Below, piece by piece: positions 37,214 to 50,849 of a DNA stretch of 64,000 bases (its first letter is position 1; every line of letters starts with the position of its first letter). This DNA is from Octopus sinensis. Lineage: Eukaryota. The notes below the pieces were generated by a model. It had not been told where the DNA came from, did no database searches, and saw nothing but the letters and a program-made list of their open reading frames with translations. The position numbers and the translations under genes were made by a program. Location of the stretch: the NCBI RefSeq assembly GCF_006345805.1, contig NC_043023.1, positions 20,708,001 to 20,772,000 on the forward strand, in the 5' to 3' direction.

Positions 37214-37436
37214 TTAACACATTGGCTATCAAGCTTCATTTTACATTTTATCCCCCAGGGTCCCAATCTTAATTAATTTCGACACGAACAGCATAATATT
37301 TTTTCTCCTATTCTATACCTCTCAGAAATCCCATAGGAAAGAAATGGGGAAAAAATCCCCCTCTAGTGGGTCGGGAGGGACTCCCTAACATACAACCAGG
37401 ACCCACTGGCCCGTCATGTGGGAGCCAACCTGTTAA
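37214..37436. mobile_element. piggyBac-like MITE, second family
   Basis: TTAA-cacattggc...gccaacctg-TTAA; body similar to 12219-12442. Confidence 0.55.
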
Positions 37437-37634
37437 ACTCTCTCTAGCCCTCAGCTGTCTCTTACACTGTCCTCCTTTTTGTCTGTTTGTGCCCAAACCA
37501 ACTGACCCCTACTCTATCAGTCTGCCTGCCTGTCTGTCCCTACCACAACCCCCGTTCCCGTTAACACGCTTGCTACTTTTTGTCACAAACTGAAGTGTTT
37601 TTCTCGTTGCCTCTCTCCTGTTGCGGACTTCCAG

Positions 37635-37866
37635 GAGTTGACAACGGAGAGAATTCCGATGAAAGAGAAACCGGAGAAAGTTCCGGCAAAGGGCAAAGAG
37701 AAAGAAGAGGAGAAGGAGAAAGTGAAGAAGAAAAGGAAGAAGAAAGAGGAGGAGTCTGAGAATTGCGAGACGAAAAGCAAGAGGAGTAAAGACGAGAACA
37801 GCCCTTCATCAAAACCAAGGAAAAAACTTGTTGTGAAGGACAAAGATCTGAAATTGAAAGAGAAAA
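37635..37866 (+). CDS. KDM5: KDM5 exon n (Lys/Glu-rich tail)
   Basis: ttccag/GTAAGT; open K/E-rich frame ELTTERIPMKEKPEKVPAKGKEKE...KLKEK; phase 0/1 fits both neighbours. Confidence 0.82.
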
Positions 37867-38211
37867 GTAAGTGATTTAATTTGCAGACCCACCCCCTTTT
37901 TTTTTTTAAACCAGTTCTGGTGAAGAAGGGAGGTGGTTTACTAGGGGTTAGGGGATCTTGTTATAAGGCTTACCAAATGTTGTAAGGATTGACAGGCGTG
38001 TCTGGGGTTTCGCGTGTAAACTTGTGTCTGTGCTGCACTATGCATATGGTGCTGCGCAGTGTGTGTCACATGTATTTTGGTGTGGCATGGTATGTTGAGA
38101 TGCACCATGTAGTTTGCCCAGTTTCATGCCCGGCAGGCACATGTGGCCTGTGTTAGTGCCATATACGGTGTGCCTGGCAATGCCCCCAAGTTTCTAAAAA
38201 TAGAATTAAGA

Positions 38212-38770
38212 GGGCGGTGAGCTGGCAGAATCAATAGCATGCCGAGCGAAATGTTTAGCTGTATTTCGTCCACCGCTACATTCTGAGTTCAAATTCCGCT
38301 GAGGTCGACTTTGCCTTTCATCCTTTCGGGGTTGATATAATTGACTTGATCCGTTTGTCTGTCCTTGTTTGTCCTCTCTGTGTTTAGCCCCTTCTGGGTA
38401 GTAAAGAAATAGGTATTTGTTCTGAAGTTCAAATTCCACCGAGGTCGACTTTGCCTTTCGTCCTCTCGGGGTCGATAAATTAAGTATCAGTTACGCACTG
38501 GGGTCGATGTAATCGACTTAATCCGTTTGTCTGTCCTTGTTTGTCCTCTCTGTGTTTAGCCCCTCGTGGGTAGTAAAGAAATAGGTATTTTGTCTACCAT
38601 TAGGTTCTGAAGTTCAAATTCCGCCGAGGTCGACTTTGCCTTTCATCCTCTCGGTGTCAATTAAATAAGTACCAGTTATGCACTGGGGTCGATATAATCG
38701 ACTTAATCCGTTTGTCTGTCCTTGTTTGCCCCCTCTATGTTTAGCCCCCTGTGGGCAATAAAGAAAGAAA
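38212..38770 (+). mobile_element. SINE family A multimer
   Basis: head + 3 bodies. Confidence 0.78.
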
Positions 38771-39431
38771 TATAATTTAAGAATTTCGAGAATCCATGCT
38801 AGTGTTTGAGGTGTTGATGTCTTGAAAAATATGCTTTTTATTTTGCACAAATGCAGTTTCTTGTCTTTGCTTTTGTCACTAACATTTTGCAATGGAGGTC
38901 CAAGATGTGTGGTGCACTGCTCGACTTGAGAAGACATGCATGTGAAATAATGACGATTATGAGGCTGGTATTCATTGATTTAGCCCAGGGCTGGAGTCAT
39001 CATCTCTATAGATATAAATGGCAAAATATCTGTGTGTGTTCTTTATACAAATCCACAATTTTTCAGTTAGAGGGCTCGCACTTTCTGTGGTCATTCAAAA
39101 CCGTCCAAGGGTGGTCGTACACATCTTTACATTTCCCCAGTCACCCCACAAAGCCATTAAAAAATCAATAGAAGTGACTTTTTTGTGAATTTTCTGTCCA
39201 AAACCCAATCAAAATGCCCAAAACTTGATAAGCCAAATTGAATGCCAGCTAGCTGTATGTGATTGGTCAGAGATGTGGACAATACTCGCATGTATGTGCG
39301 CACGCACGCAGCTGTATATGCATGCACCATGACCCTGCGTTGCTGGGTCATAGTGCTAGTGTAGCATAAAACGAGTCCCCACGCCAGGCCCCAGATATTC
39401 CATCTGTGCCAGTGATGTTTGTTTGTTGTAG

Positions 39432-39644
39432 ATAAATGTAAAGAGATGAACTCTGTGAACGAAAGCAAAATGAAGAAGGAGGAGAAGAGCCAGAAGAGGA
39501 TGAAGATCTCTGGTGGTGCTCGGGAGAAGAAACCGTCTGGTCGAGTGAAACAGAGTAAGAAGAGTGCCTCGTTGAGTGGAGACGAGGCAGATGAGGAGGA
39601 AGAAGAAGACGACTGTTCTGCTGTGAAGTGTCTGAAACCTGCAG
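39432..39644 (+). CDS. KDM5: KDM5 exon o (acidic stretch and first Cys pair of PHD3)
   Basis: ttgtag/GTAGGT; ...SGDEADEEEEEDDCSAVKCLKPA resembles KDM5 'DDENAVCAAQNCQRP'; phase 1/1. Confidence 0.88.
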
Positions 39645-40385
39645 GTAGGTAGTGGTGGTCATGGTGGAAACACGAAAAGAAAACATAGCAACTGTGAAGC
39701 CTGGATGTATGGTTGCGGGTGGTTGGGTGGCAGTGTGAGGGACATTGGGCAAGTGTCTCCCCCTATAGCTTCCCGCCTCCTACTGCTACTACTACCATGT
39801 CTTGTGAGTGGATGTGGTTGAGGGAGACTGTAGGGAAGCCTGTCATATGTATCTGTGGCCATGCTGGGGCACACCCTTGAAGGGATTTTAGTCGAACAAA
39901 TCAACCTTTGTACTTCTTTTAAAGTGTGGTACTTAAATCTGTTGCTTTCTTATGCCAAACTGCTAAGTTACAAGGACAAAAACAAACCATCACCGGTTGT
40001 CAAGCAAGTGGTGGCAGAGGACAAACACAAAGATATACACACACTGACATGTATGTATATATATCCCCGTGACAATCTAGGCTATCAGATGTTGCTACAC
40101 ATCGCTGGTCACAATGCGCTTTCATTGTTTTAACCTTCAAATGACGCCACCCCGCTGGCTAAGCGAGCAGGCCAACAGAAGAAAGAGTGAGAGAAAGTTG
40201 TGGTGAAAGAGTACAGCAGGGGTCGCCACCACCCCCTGCCGGAGCCTTGTGGAGCTTTTAGGTGTTTTCGCTAAATAAACACTCACAACGCCCGGTCTGG
40301 GAATCGAAACCGCAATTCTACAACTGCGAGTCTGCTACCCTAACCACTGGGCCATTGCGCCTCATATATATATACACACAGACAC

Positions 40386-40490
<105 letters not shown>

Positions 40491-41036
40491 CACATACATA
40501 TACACACAGACAACATACACGCACACACACACGCACACACACACACACATATATATATATACACACACACAATATTGGAATATTTTTTTGTCCATTTGGC
40601 TGGAAAGTTCAGTTTACAGTAAGACCATGTCGCAGTTGTGCCACCTTCACGGGGTTTTAGTGGCTGTTATTTTGTCAAAGACCCAGCATAAGACCCCCAA
40701 CTGTTGTTCACAAGCATTATAAGGTTTCAAGGCTCTGCCAATTTTATCTGCGCAAAGAACATTCACAAGAGAACTCACACAATAAATGACTTTCTGAAGT
40801 CAGTTGATGTTCCCCCGTTTCATGCAGATTTGATGAACTTTCTCTATAACCGGGACCATTACAAGCTTTCTCTGGGACAAATGAACGCAACTGGACATAT
40901 AGTTGACCAGGTTTCAAATTTTCCTTGCCCTGTTTTGAGTCCCCTTATTATTATTATCATTCTGATTAATATTAGAGGGGTCATGTATCGCTTTAACTTT
41001 GATGCCACTAGATCTATTATTATGGTCTTGATTCTC

Positions 41037-42010
41037 CTGACTGGCACCTGTGCCGATGCCAGTGCCACCTGACTGGCACCTGTGCCGATGCCAGTGCCAC
41101 CTGACTGGCACCTGTGCCGATGCCAGTGCCACCTGACTGGCACCTGTGCCGATGCCAGTGCCACCTGACTGGCACCTGTGCCGATGCCAGTGCCACCTGA
41201 CTGGCACCTGTGCCGATGCCAGTGTCACCTGACTGGCACCTGTGCCGATGCCAGTGCCACCTGACTGGCACCTGTGCCGATGCCAGTGCCACCTGACTGG
41301 CACCTGTGCCGATGCCAGTGCCACCTGACTGGCACCTGTGCCGATGCCAGTGCCAACTGACTGGCACCTGTGCCGATGCCAGTGCCACCTGACTGGCACC
41401 TGTGCCGATGCCAGTGCCACCTGACTGGCACCTGTGCCGATGCCAGTGCCACCTGACTGGCACCTGTGCCGATGCCAGTGCCACCTGACTGGCACCTGTG
41501 CCGATGCCAGTGCCACCTGACTGGCACCTGTGCTGATGCCAGTGCCAACTGACTGGCACCTGTGCCGATGCCAGTGCCACCTGACTGGCACCTGTGCCGA
41601 TGCCAGTGCCACCTGACTGGCACCTGTGCCGATGCCAGTGCCAACTGACTGGCACCTGTGCCGATGCCAGTGCCACCTGACTGGCACCTGTGCCGATGCC
41701 AGTGCCACCTGACTGGCACCTGTGCTGATGCCAGTGCCACCTGACTGGCACCTGTGCCGATGCCAGTGCCACCTGACTGGCACCTGTGCCGATGCCAGTG
41801 CCACCTGACTGGCACCTGTGCTGATGCCAGTGCCAACTGACTGGCACCTGTGCCGATGCCAGTGCCACCTGACTGGCACCTGTGCCGATGCCAGTGCCAC
41901 CTGACTGGCACCTGTGCCGATGCCAGTGCCACCTGACTGGCATCCGTGCTGATGCCAGTGCCACCTGACTGGCACCTGTGCTGATGCCAGTGCCACCTGA
42001 CTGGCATCCG
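41037..42010 (+). repeat. tandem array, 32-bp unit x about 30, with internal hairpin
   Basis: ctgactggcacctgtgccgatgccagtgccac; actggca/tgccagt inverted repeat in each unit. Confidence 0.95.
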
Positions 42011-42279
42011 TGCTGTTGGCACATAAAAAGCACTCACTACACTCGGAGTGGTTGGCATTAGGAAAGGCAACTTGCTGTGGAAACCTTGCCAAGCCAGATT
42101 GGAGCCTGGTGCAGCCTCCTGGCTTGCCAGTTCTCAGTCAAACTGTCCAACCCATGCCAGCATGGAAAGTGGACATTTAATAACACCATTGATGATGATC
42201 CTTGAAGCCATTATTAGTTAGGGCATTGTTATGGTGGGGGGGGGAGCTACTTGCTTGGAAATTTCTTTAGAGGAAGAGA

Positions 42280-42379
42280 NNNNNNNNNNNNNNNNNNNNN
42301 NNNNNNNNNNNNNNNNNNNNNNNNNNNNNNNNNNNNNNNNNNNNNNNNNNNNNNNNNNNNNNNNNNNNNNNNNNNNNNN
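42280..42379. other. assembly gap (100 N)
   Basis: run of exactly 100 N. Confidence 0.99.
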
Positions 42380-44805
42380 GGAAGAGATCCAGCTTCATTT
42401 TAATGACATCTGTATCCACCCCATGCAGGTCTCTCAGGTTCTTCGGGAGGATATTGAAGAGCTGTGGGCCTCGGAAGCCCAGGCTATCACAGAATCTTGT
42501 CCTACATTGATGGCAGGTTTGGAGTCCTAGGCACCACGCAGTGGGCCCAGTTCTGGCATTGCATAACTCTCGATGCCAAAGTTCAGGACACTTCCCTCCA
42601 GGATCTTCCAGATGTATATTATGGCATATCTTTCCCGCCTACGCTCCAGGGAAATAATTTTAATCTCTTGAGTCTTTCCCAGTAGCTTACATTCTGCATA
42701 GAGGCTATCTTCTTCGTGTAGCTTCGTTGGATCGCCTCAAGTTCTGTGATCACTTGACACTGGATGGTGACCATAGCTGAGAGCAATAGTCAAAGTGGCT
42801 TAGGACAAGTGTCTTCCAGAGGACCATCATGGTTCTTGTTCTCTTGTTCTAAAGGTTCTAAGAATCCATCCAGCCAGGCGTCTACATTTCATTGTCAGTT
42901 TAGCAACATGTACATGAAAGGTCGCGTCATCACTACTGAATGTGAATACCCAGGTCACGCACTGATTGTGCCTCTGGGATTGCAATCCCTCCGGGTCCAG
43001 TGTATCATTGGGTATTGCATTCAGTTTTGCATGCTGATAGTATAAAGCTTGAAACTTTCCAGCATTGAACTGCATGCTATTGTTTTTAGCCCACTTGTAT
43101 ATTTCGTCCAGCTCACATTGCAGGTGTTTAGTGTCCTCAGGGTTCTGTATTGCCTGTGAAACTTTTGTATCGTCTGCATAACTTGTGATCGTGGCTCTCT
43201 GCGTGGCTGAGGGCATGTCTGAGAGGGCCATTATGAACAGTAGTGGTCCCAAAACAGTGCCCTGTGGAACACCGCTCACTATTTGCGTGCTAATGGAAGT
43301 GGCCCCATTGGCTACTACCACCTGACTTCTATTCTTCAGAAAGTCGTGAAGCCATTCTCCTAGTTTTCCAACTATGCCAAGATCACGCAGTTTGGACCAT
43401 CATTCCATGATCGACTTTATCAAAGGCCTTTGCGAAGTCGAGATATATGACTTCCACATTTGAGTGGTTGAGCAGTTGTTTCAGCACCAGTCATAGTGCT
43501 GCAGGAGCTGAGATTAAGCAGCTTCTTCCTGGTCGGAAACCATGTTGGGTGTCAGGCAGCAAGTCATTTCTTCAAGGAAGGTGATTAGTTTTCCTTCTGA
43601 CTATTCGTTCCATGACCTTGCTGATGTGTGAGGTCAGAGAGATAGGTCTGTAGTTCTGGCCTCCGCTCTGCTACCTCCTTATGAATAGGCATATTTTACC
43701 TCCTTCAGTTTTTGGAAGTTTGCCAGCTGCAGGAAGCTCTGAAAGAGGAACTGCAGTGGTCTTGCTAAGACTCTCTTACATACTTTTAGGAGGATTGCCG
43801 GGAATCCATCGGGGCCAATAGCTGAGTCTGTTTTCATTTCATCTATAGCCTTTATTACATCGTCGTCCTTATATCGATGTAATTATCGTCGCCGCCTCTG
43901 ATTCTTATCTGCAGTGGTAAAGAAGTCAGTTGGATTGCTGATTTGGAAATGCCCAAGGGGTGGAGTGAAACACTCTTGAATTGTTCATTCAGTATTTCAC
44001 TTACCCTCATTGGTTTTCCTGTGAGTGTGCCATCCTTTTCAAGGAGTGGCCCTATCCTACAGTGCACCGTAGCTGTTTCTTTGGAAACCTGTAGAAAGCT
44101 CTGGGGTTAGTTTTTTATGTTGTTCTATAGCCCAGGCTTCTTTGTCTGCTCTTTCCTTCTCATGGGAGAGTTGCAGACAATTTTCAATTTCCATCAGTTT
44201 TATTTTCAGCGGGACTTTTCACTGCTTTCAATTTGTTTGTTTAGGCGATTTGAAAATTTTGTACCCGTCTCATTAAAATTTTCCTCTCTCTGGCGATTTT
44301 GTTCTTGTGTACAGTGGCCTTTCTCTGGGACACATTGTAGCATATGGCTTGCATTACAGACATGAATTGTTGAAGTATCATGTCGATGTCCGGCGAGGAG
44401 AGACATTCAGGCCAGTTTTGTTTGAGGATCTCTTTCTCAATTTGTTTCCAGTTTGCCTTATTGAAGTTCAAGCTGGAAAGATTCTGGGGTTCTTGTAGGC
44501 TGCATGTCCGTGCTCTCTTTTGGCCGTACATGGTCAGCTCTACCATGTTGTGATCGAGAGTAGTGTCGGTGTCACTTTCACATTATGGATGAGATCCATA
44601 TTATTGTGAAGCAGAGATCCAGTGTATTACCTGCTCTGGTTGGTTGCAGTATTACCTGCTCCATGTACAGGGTGTTGGTGAGTTCAGGAGGGACCTCGCC
44701 TGTCCACGTTCACATCTTGTCATTCCTGGTGAGAGAAAGGCCCTCGGGCCATCTGACATTCGGTAGAGATGAAGTCTCCATGAGAAGTACACTTATGTGT
44801 TTCTA
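42380..44805 (-). mobile_element. CR1/L2-type LINE fragment, disrupted
   Basis: SGVPQGTVLGPLLF...YADDTK RT motifs (42827-43321) and upstream APE/linker remnants; cut by the assembly gap. Confidence 0.88.
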
Positions 44806-44897
44806 ATGTGGTTAGAACTTTTCTATTTTTAAAAGGCAGTCCTCAACTTGCCTATATGACTTGGGGCATCTGAGGGCGATATGTGTAGACGTATATG

Positions 44898-44936
<39 letters not shown>

Positions 44937-45337
44937 ATGTACATATTATATTATATATGTATATATATATATACGTACATACATACATATATGTACATAT
45001 ATATATATACATACAACATATATGTACATATATATATGTATATACATATATATATATATACATATATGTCATATATATATATATAATACATACATTATGT
45101 ACATATATATATGTATATATATATATATATAATTATTATATATATATATACATATATGTACATATATATATATGTATATATATATACATATATATATATA
45201 TATTACGAATATACATGTAATCATATTTGTATATACAGTCATATGCTTATGCTTATATGCATATACACAGATACGTTTGTAGGCGTGAATGCATATATAT
45301 GCAGGCGTATACATCTATAGATATATACAAATATGAA

Positions 45338-45560
45338 GGCGGGGAGCTGGCAGAGACGTTAGCACTCCGGACAAAATGCGTAGCCGTATTTCGTCTGTTG
45401 TTACGTTGTGAGTTCCAATTCCGCCGAGGTCGACTTTACCTTTCATCCTTTCGAGGTCGATAAATTAAGTACCAGTTACGCACTGGGGTCGATGTAATCG
45501 ACTTAATACCTATGTCTGTCCTTGTTTGTCCCCTCTGTGTTTAGCCCCTTGTGGGTAATT
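45338..45560 (+). mobile_element. SINE family A
   Basis: head + body. Confidence 0.75.
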
Positions 45561-46395
45561 AAAACAAAAATAGATATGTACAAATACTGACAAGTGTGTG
45601 CCTGTATAGGTTTGATGATGATGATGATGATGATATTTATTTAATGGCTTAAAATAACAATCGACCTTTTGTTTGGAAAATCAATTTTTTGTAAAGTCAG
45701 GTTTAAAGCCAGCAGGTGAGAAACACTATTCAACAATTACAAAATACCTGACACACCTAACCATTACACACACACACACACATCCAGCTAATCCATTGTT
45801 ACTAATGTTTAGAGCTCTGCCCAGGAGCTTCACATTCTCAGTTCGAATTCCACCAAGGTCAGCTTTGACTTTTATGCTTTTAGGGTCGATTAAATAAGGA
45901 CCAGTTGAATATGGAGGTCGATATGAAAGGAAAGAAAATCTCATCTAAGTTACTTCTATGTTTCTTATCAAATGTCCGAACTGTAATTGTTTTCAGAACC
46001 TTCTTAACAAGCTGCAACCTTTCTTCCTTAATTAGAAAATGCCAAATCTCGCCAGTCTTTCGTAGCTTTCCATCCACCAAGTTCACATTAATTAATGAGT
46101 CAGTCCACAAATTTAGATTTTTATCGAGATGTCAATGGACTTGCATGGAGATGCAGGGACCAAGATATAGACAGAAAGATGCGTGTTTACATACATAGAC
46201 TACTAGAAAGATATGCATATGTATGAACATTTATGTATCTATCCATCTGTCTTCTTTCCATATCTGCCACTCTTTCTCCCCGTAACTGTATGTAAAAACA
46301 CCAGTATAGGTTCTAAAGCGATGATGCAGGGGACAGACAAAACGCTAACATGCATATAAAATGTATACACATTTACATACCTACAAATATATATA

Positions 46396-46792
46396 TACTA
46401 GCAGTATCGCCCGGCGTTGCTCGGGTTTGTAAGGGAAATAATTATATAAGCATTTTTAGAGATGTAAAGTATAATAGCCATCTCAATATGGCTAACCACA
46501 AAGGGGGAGGGGTGTTACTGTAGCTTTTTACGTTCTGAGATTTAATAATAAATTTTAGAGAGTTACTTCTCTTATATATGTCAAAAATGGATTAAAAATG
46601 GGAAAAATTGATGGTAAATTTTTTTTTAAATCGTAGACTCATCATAGACGCGCGCTAATACCCAGACAGTCTCGATATGAATCACGACTATAAGATACCC
46701 GGTTTTGTTAAACTGCACCGCAAAATGTGGGAGTAGTTAGGAATCTAAATCGTAGGAGACAGACACACAACCTCACTTTTATATATAAAGAT
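46396..46792 (-). mobile_element. non-autonomous Helitron-like element
   Basis: A|TC 5' end, cccgagcaacgccggg hairpin, CTAG|T 3' end. Confidence 0.68.
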
Positions 46793-46853
46793 TTCCTCTA
46801 TTTACATAATATTGAGGTCTCTTTCTTTCTTTTGTTATCTTACTGTTTTTACC

Positions 46854-46904
<51 letters not shown>

Positions 46905-47254
46905 AATATATATATAGTTACAGAGATGTACTTGCATAGCAAGTGACTTGATCTGAGATCGTGTGCTGGAACGAAAACAGTTGCAGCGTTGAAGGTGTTT
47001 ATAAGCCATTTAAGAAACACACAAAAACCGTTAGATTCACTTCAACATTTAAATTAATTTGTCAAAATATTTTCGTCGCTTTGAGACCGCGACCTGTTAG
47101 CACGATATTTTTGTCAGTGAACAGGTCGCGTCTCAAAGCGACGAAAATATTTTGGCAATTAAATTTAAATGTTGAAGTGAATGTAACGGTTTTTGTGTGT
47201 TTCTTAAATGGCTTATAAACACCTTCAACGCTGCAATATATATATACACACATA

Positions 47255-47285
<31 letters not shown>

Positions 47286-47604
47286 GTGTATATGTGTATG
47301 CATGTATGTGTGTGTGTGTGCGTGTCTGTGCTTGTGATTGTCCTCCACCACTGCTTGACAACGAATGTTGGTTTGTTTACATCCCTGTCACCTAGTGGTT
47401 TGACAAAGGAAACAGATAGAATAAGTACAATGCTTACAAAAATAAAAGTGGAGTTGATTCATTAAACTACAATTCTTCAAGGCATTGCCCCAGCATGGCC
47501 ACAGACCAATGGCTGGAAAAAGCAGAAGAATAAAAGAATACATTCTCTGCTTTGGTCTTATGTTCAAGGCATGAGAAAGCTTGAGTTTACATGAGAAGGC
47601 CTAA

Positions 47605-47875
47605 CAGACCTGGTAGAAACAGCAGCCAAATCTCCCTCAAATCACACCTTACTGTCTTATGTATGTATATATATATGAGCCAATGAGGGGACCTCTACAT
47701 GGTAGCTAGACCTGGTAGAAATAGCAGCCAAATTTCCCCCAAATCACACCTTACTGTCTTATCTATGTATATATGTATGTATGAGCCTATGAGGGAGACC
47801 CCTACATGGCAGCTAGACATGGTAGAAATAGCAGCCAAATCTCCCTCAAATCACACCTTACTGTCTTATCTTTCT
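47605..47875 (+). repeat. about 107-bp tandem repeat x about 2.5
   Basis: gac(c/a)tggtagaaa(c/t)agcagccaaat...caaatcacaccttactgtcttat occurs three times. Confidence 0.8.
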
Positions 47876-47967
47876 GCTACTTGGATATAGGTCTTATATT
47901 CTTCGTAAAAAACTTTCCTGTCACACACTCACGCACACGCACACACACACACACACACGCACCGTCA

Positions 47968-48004
<37 letters not shown>

Positions 48005-48370
48005 GCACGTTAGCTTACAATTTTATTTATATATTTGCGTGTGTATGTGTGGAAAGAGGAAGTGGGAGGCAGAGTGAAAGAATCACTCACTACAGTAAGT
48101 CAATTACTTTCATTTTATTCGTTGCCCACTGTGTGTGTGCGTTTGCGTGTGGTGTAAACCAGACTAAGAAAAGCCTTTGACACACACACCAGAATGTGAG
48201 TTTTCTGTAAATTTTGCTTAATTGGAGTTTAAATTTTAAAAACTGGACCTGGCATGATGCGATGCATTGTACTCTCAAAAATGCTAGGTAAATTGTAATT
48301 GAAGAAATCCTATATTGTAGATTTGTATAACTCCCAAGGGAGGCAGATAAAATCTGCCTTTTATAATAAG

Positions 48371-48403
<33 letters not shown>

Positions 48404-48548
48404 TATATTATATATATATATATATATATCACAATCAAGGAACGGCCATAATAGGCCATTCACCCACTAGAAATAACAGCCAAAGCTTCAACCGCAAATA
48501 AACATCAATTCCGTAAACCAGGAGAAAATTAAAAACATTTACCCTGTA

Positions 48549-48655
48549 ATTTCTTATACGATGCACCGTTTCATCTACTGTTTAATGGTGAACTAACCTG
48601 ATTAAATTAAATCAAGCCAATCTTCCATAGGCCCTTAGATTCATCAGTAAGAAAT
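48549..48655 (-). ncRNA. canonical type I hammerhead ribozyme motif
   Basis: atttctta-CTGATGA-ATCTA...TAGAT-GAAA-CGG-TGCA-TC-GTA-taagaaat: 8-bp stem I, 5-bp+ stem II, 4-bp stem III with palindromic TGCA loop, GUA cleavage triplet. Confidence 0.78.
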
Positions 48656-48876
48656 AGCCAAGTCGGAACAGATATTTTCACGAGGCATTTCCGACCCTGC
48701 CTCGGCAATATCTGACCTAAAATTTTCAAATCATCGCACTCGCGCCAAATTTATCGGCAGCAAATAAATATAAGCCGCCGATTCCATTACGGAATTAACC
48801 AGAAAATTCATAATTAATCAATATAGAGTAGCAAAAAATTTTGTAGAATTTTTTTGCCACCAGCGGCCTAGTGGGA

Positions 48877-48943
<67 letters not shown>

Positions 48944-48947
<4 letters not shown>

Positions 48948-49416
48948 TAGCTATTTCTAATACTTAAAGAATATTTCTCTCAGATAGTGTTTACTCAAAA
49001 TAACCCACGAAGGTATGGGGGTAAAAACATTAAAAAATCACAAGTGCAAAGATTATTTGAGAACGTTACGTTTCTAGATCAGCCAAATAAAATTCGACAT
49101 TTCTTTCGTCAGCCCAACATTTCTTAATTTGGATTTGGAAACACTGAAAGTAGGAACATACCCCGGAAACACTGAAAGTAGGAACATACCCCAAAAGGGT
49201 ATGTTCCTACTTTCAGTGTTTCCAAATCCAAATTAAGAAATGTTGGGCTGACGAAAGAAATGTCGAATTTTATTTGGCTGATCTAGAAACGTAACGTTCT
49301 CAAATAATCTTTGCACTTGTGATTTTTTAATGCTTTTACCCCCATACCTTCGTGGGTTATTTTGAGTAAACACTATCTGAGAGAAATTTTCTTTAAGTAT
49401 TAGAAATAGCTAAAAA
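48944..49416. mobile_element. foldback element with variant hammerhead motifs in both arms
   Basis: near-perfect palindrome centred on a caaaa loop (49192-49196) with a 28-bp duplication in the left arm; right arm ttggg-CTGACGA-A-AGA...TCT-A-GAAAC-GTAAC-GTT-ctcaa. Confidence 0.8.
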
Positions 49417-49992
49417 ACTTTTTTGGCTGCTATTTCTAATGAGTTCAGTATGTGGCAAAGTAATTTATTTTACTAAGCCCTTTTATATAATGTAATATTT
49501 TGAATTCGCCTTAAATGGTCCCTTTACATACTGAATACTTGGTGAAATTGATTAATAACTAATTAATTTTACCCTCAATTGTTGAAATTATATATATATA
49601 TATATATATATTGCGGCATATGTCAAACAAACACCTTTTCTTCGATACGTACACACACACGCACACCTGTTTCATACTAACAATTACTGCTAGAGATATG
49701 CATATATATATCAAATTTTTGGCTGCTATTTCTGAAAAGTTCGGTGTGCGGTAAAGTGAATTTTTTTACTTTACCATATTTTTATAAATTAATACTTTTA
49801 TATATATATATATATACATACATATGTGTGTAGAGGGAGAGAGAGAGAGAGAGAGAAAGAGTGTTCAGAAACTAAGTCAACCGAAGATTCGAGCCTTAAT
49901 GACTATAAATGTGATGTAAAAATCATACATCATTATAGAAGTTTTGTGTCCCTTCTTTTTATTGCAGATTTATAAATTAATGACTAGTCTCT

Positions 49993-50035
<43 letters not shown>

Positions 50036-50849
50036 AAACCGGCTCTGGCTCTGTAGTACAAATGCCTTGTTTCCATAAGTTTTGAATTAAAATCTTCCAC
50101 CAAACCTTAGTCAGAATTTATGTTCCTAACACTAGCTGAGTGATAACTAAATTATTTTACTAAATTCTTTGTTATATTTAAAGTAATTGAAAAAAACACA
50201 GAACATCTCAAAATAAATACAGTAACGAAAGGGTTACAACATAAATACTGGATATGATTTATCTTGGAATTGATCAGAATGGCACATCAAAGACCAGCGG
50301 CACCGCAATTCAATGTTCCTGAAATTCAAATCATCATTTGTGACTCAATCTTGGAATATGTTACTAAAACAAAGACACATTCACAAGTAGACAAACAAAT
50401 GGTTTGATTAGGGTATAATCAATTTGGCGAGGAAACTAAAGAGAAAATATTACGACGATGACCACCACAGATCTACAATGGAAGAATTCACCACGTGTAG
50501 TTGAGGGTAAAAGAAATCGTTGAACGACAGTAAGTACGTCCAAAATTTATAAAGCAGTGACATACATACATAGATAGATACTTGTAGCACACATGTATAC
50601 GTGCAGAGTGAAAATAATCACACTATTTAATGTGACGGACTACACTGCAAAAAAATCAAAATTTCATTTCTGTTTACAAACTTTCTCCGTGTCTATACGC
50701 ACAAATACTTTTATGTATACACACGCAATATTTAAGAAAAAAAGGAATATACACAAAAAAGAACGAAACATGTGTATATACACACACAATATTTAAGAAC
50801 AGGAATATACACAAAAAAGAACGAATCAAAAACAAATATTTTATATTTT

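Noticed and set aside
40914-42092. Long ORFs (281-392 aa) and CRISPR-like look of the 32-bp array
   Set aside because: The ORFs are translations of a stop-free tandem repeat; units are contiguous with no unique spacers, there are no cas genes, and the context is eukaryotic
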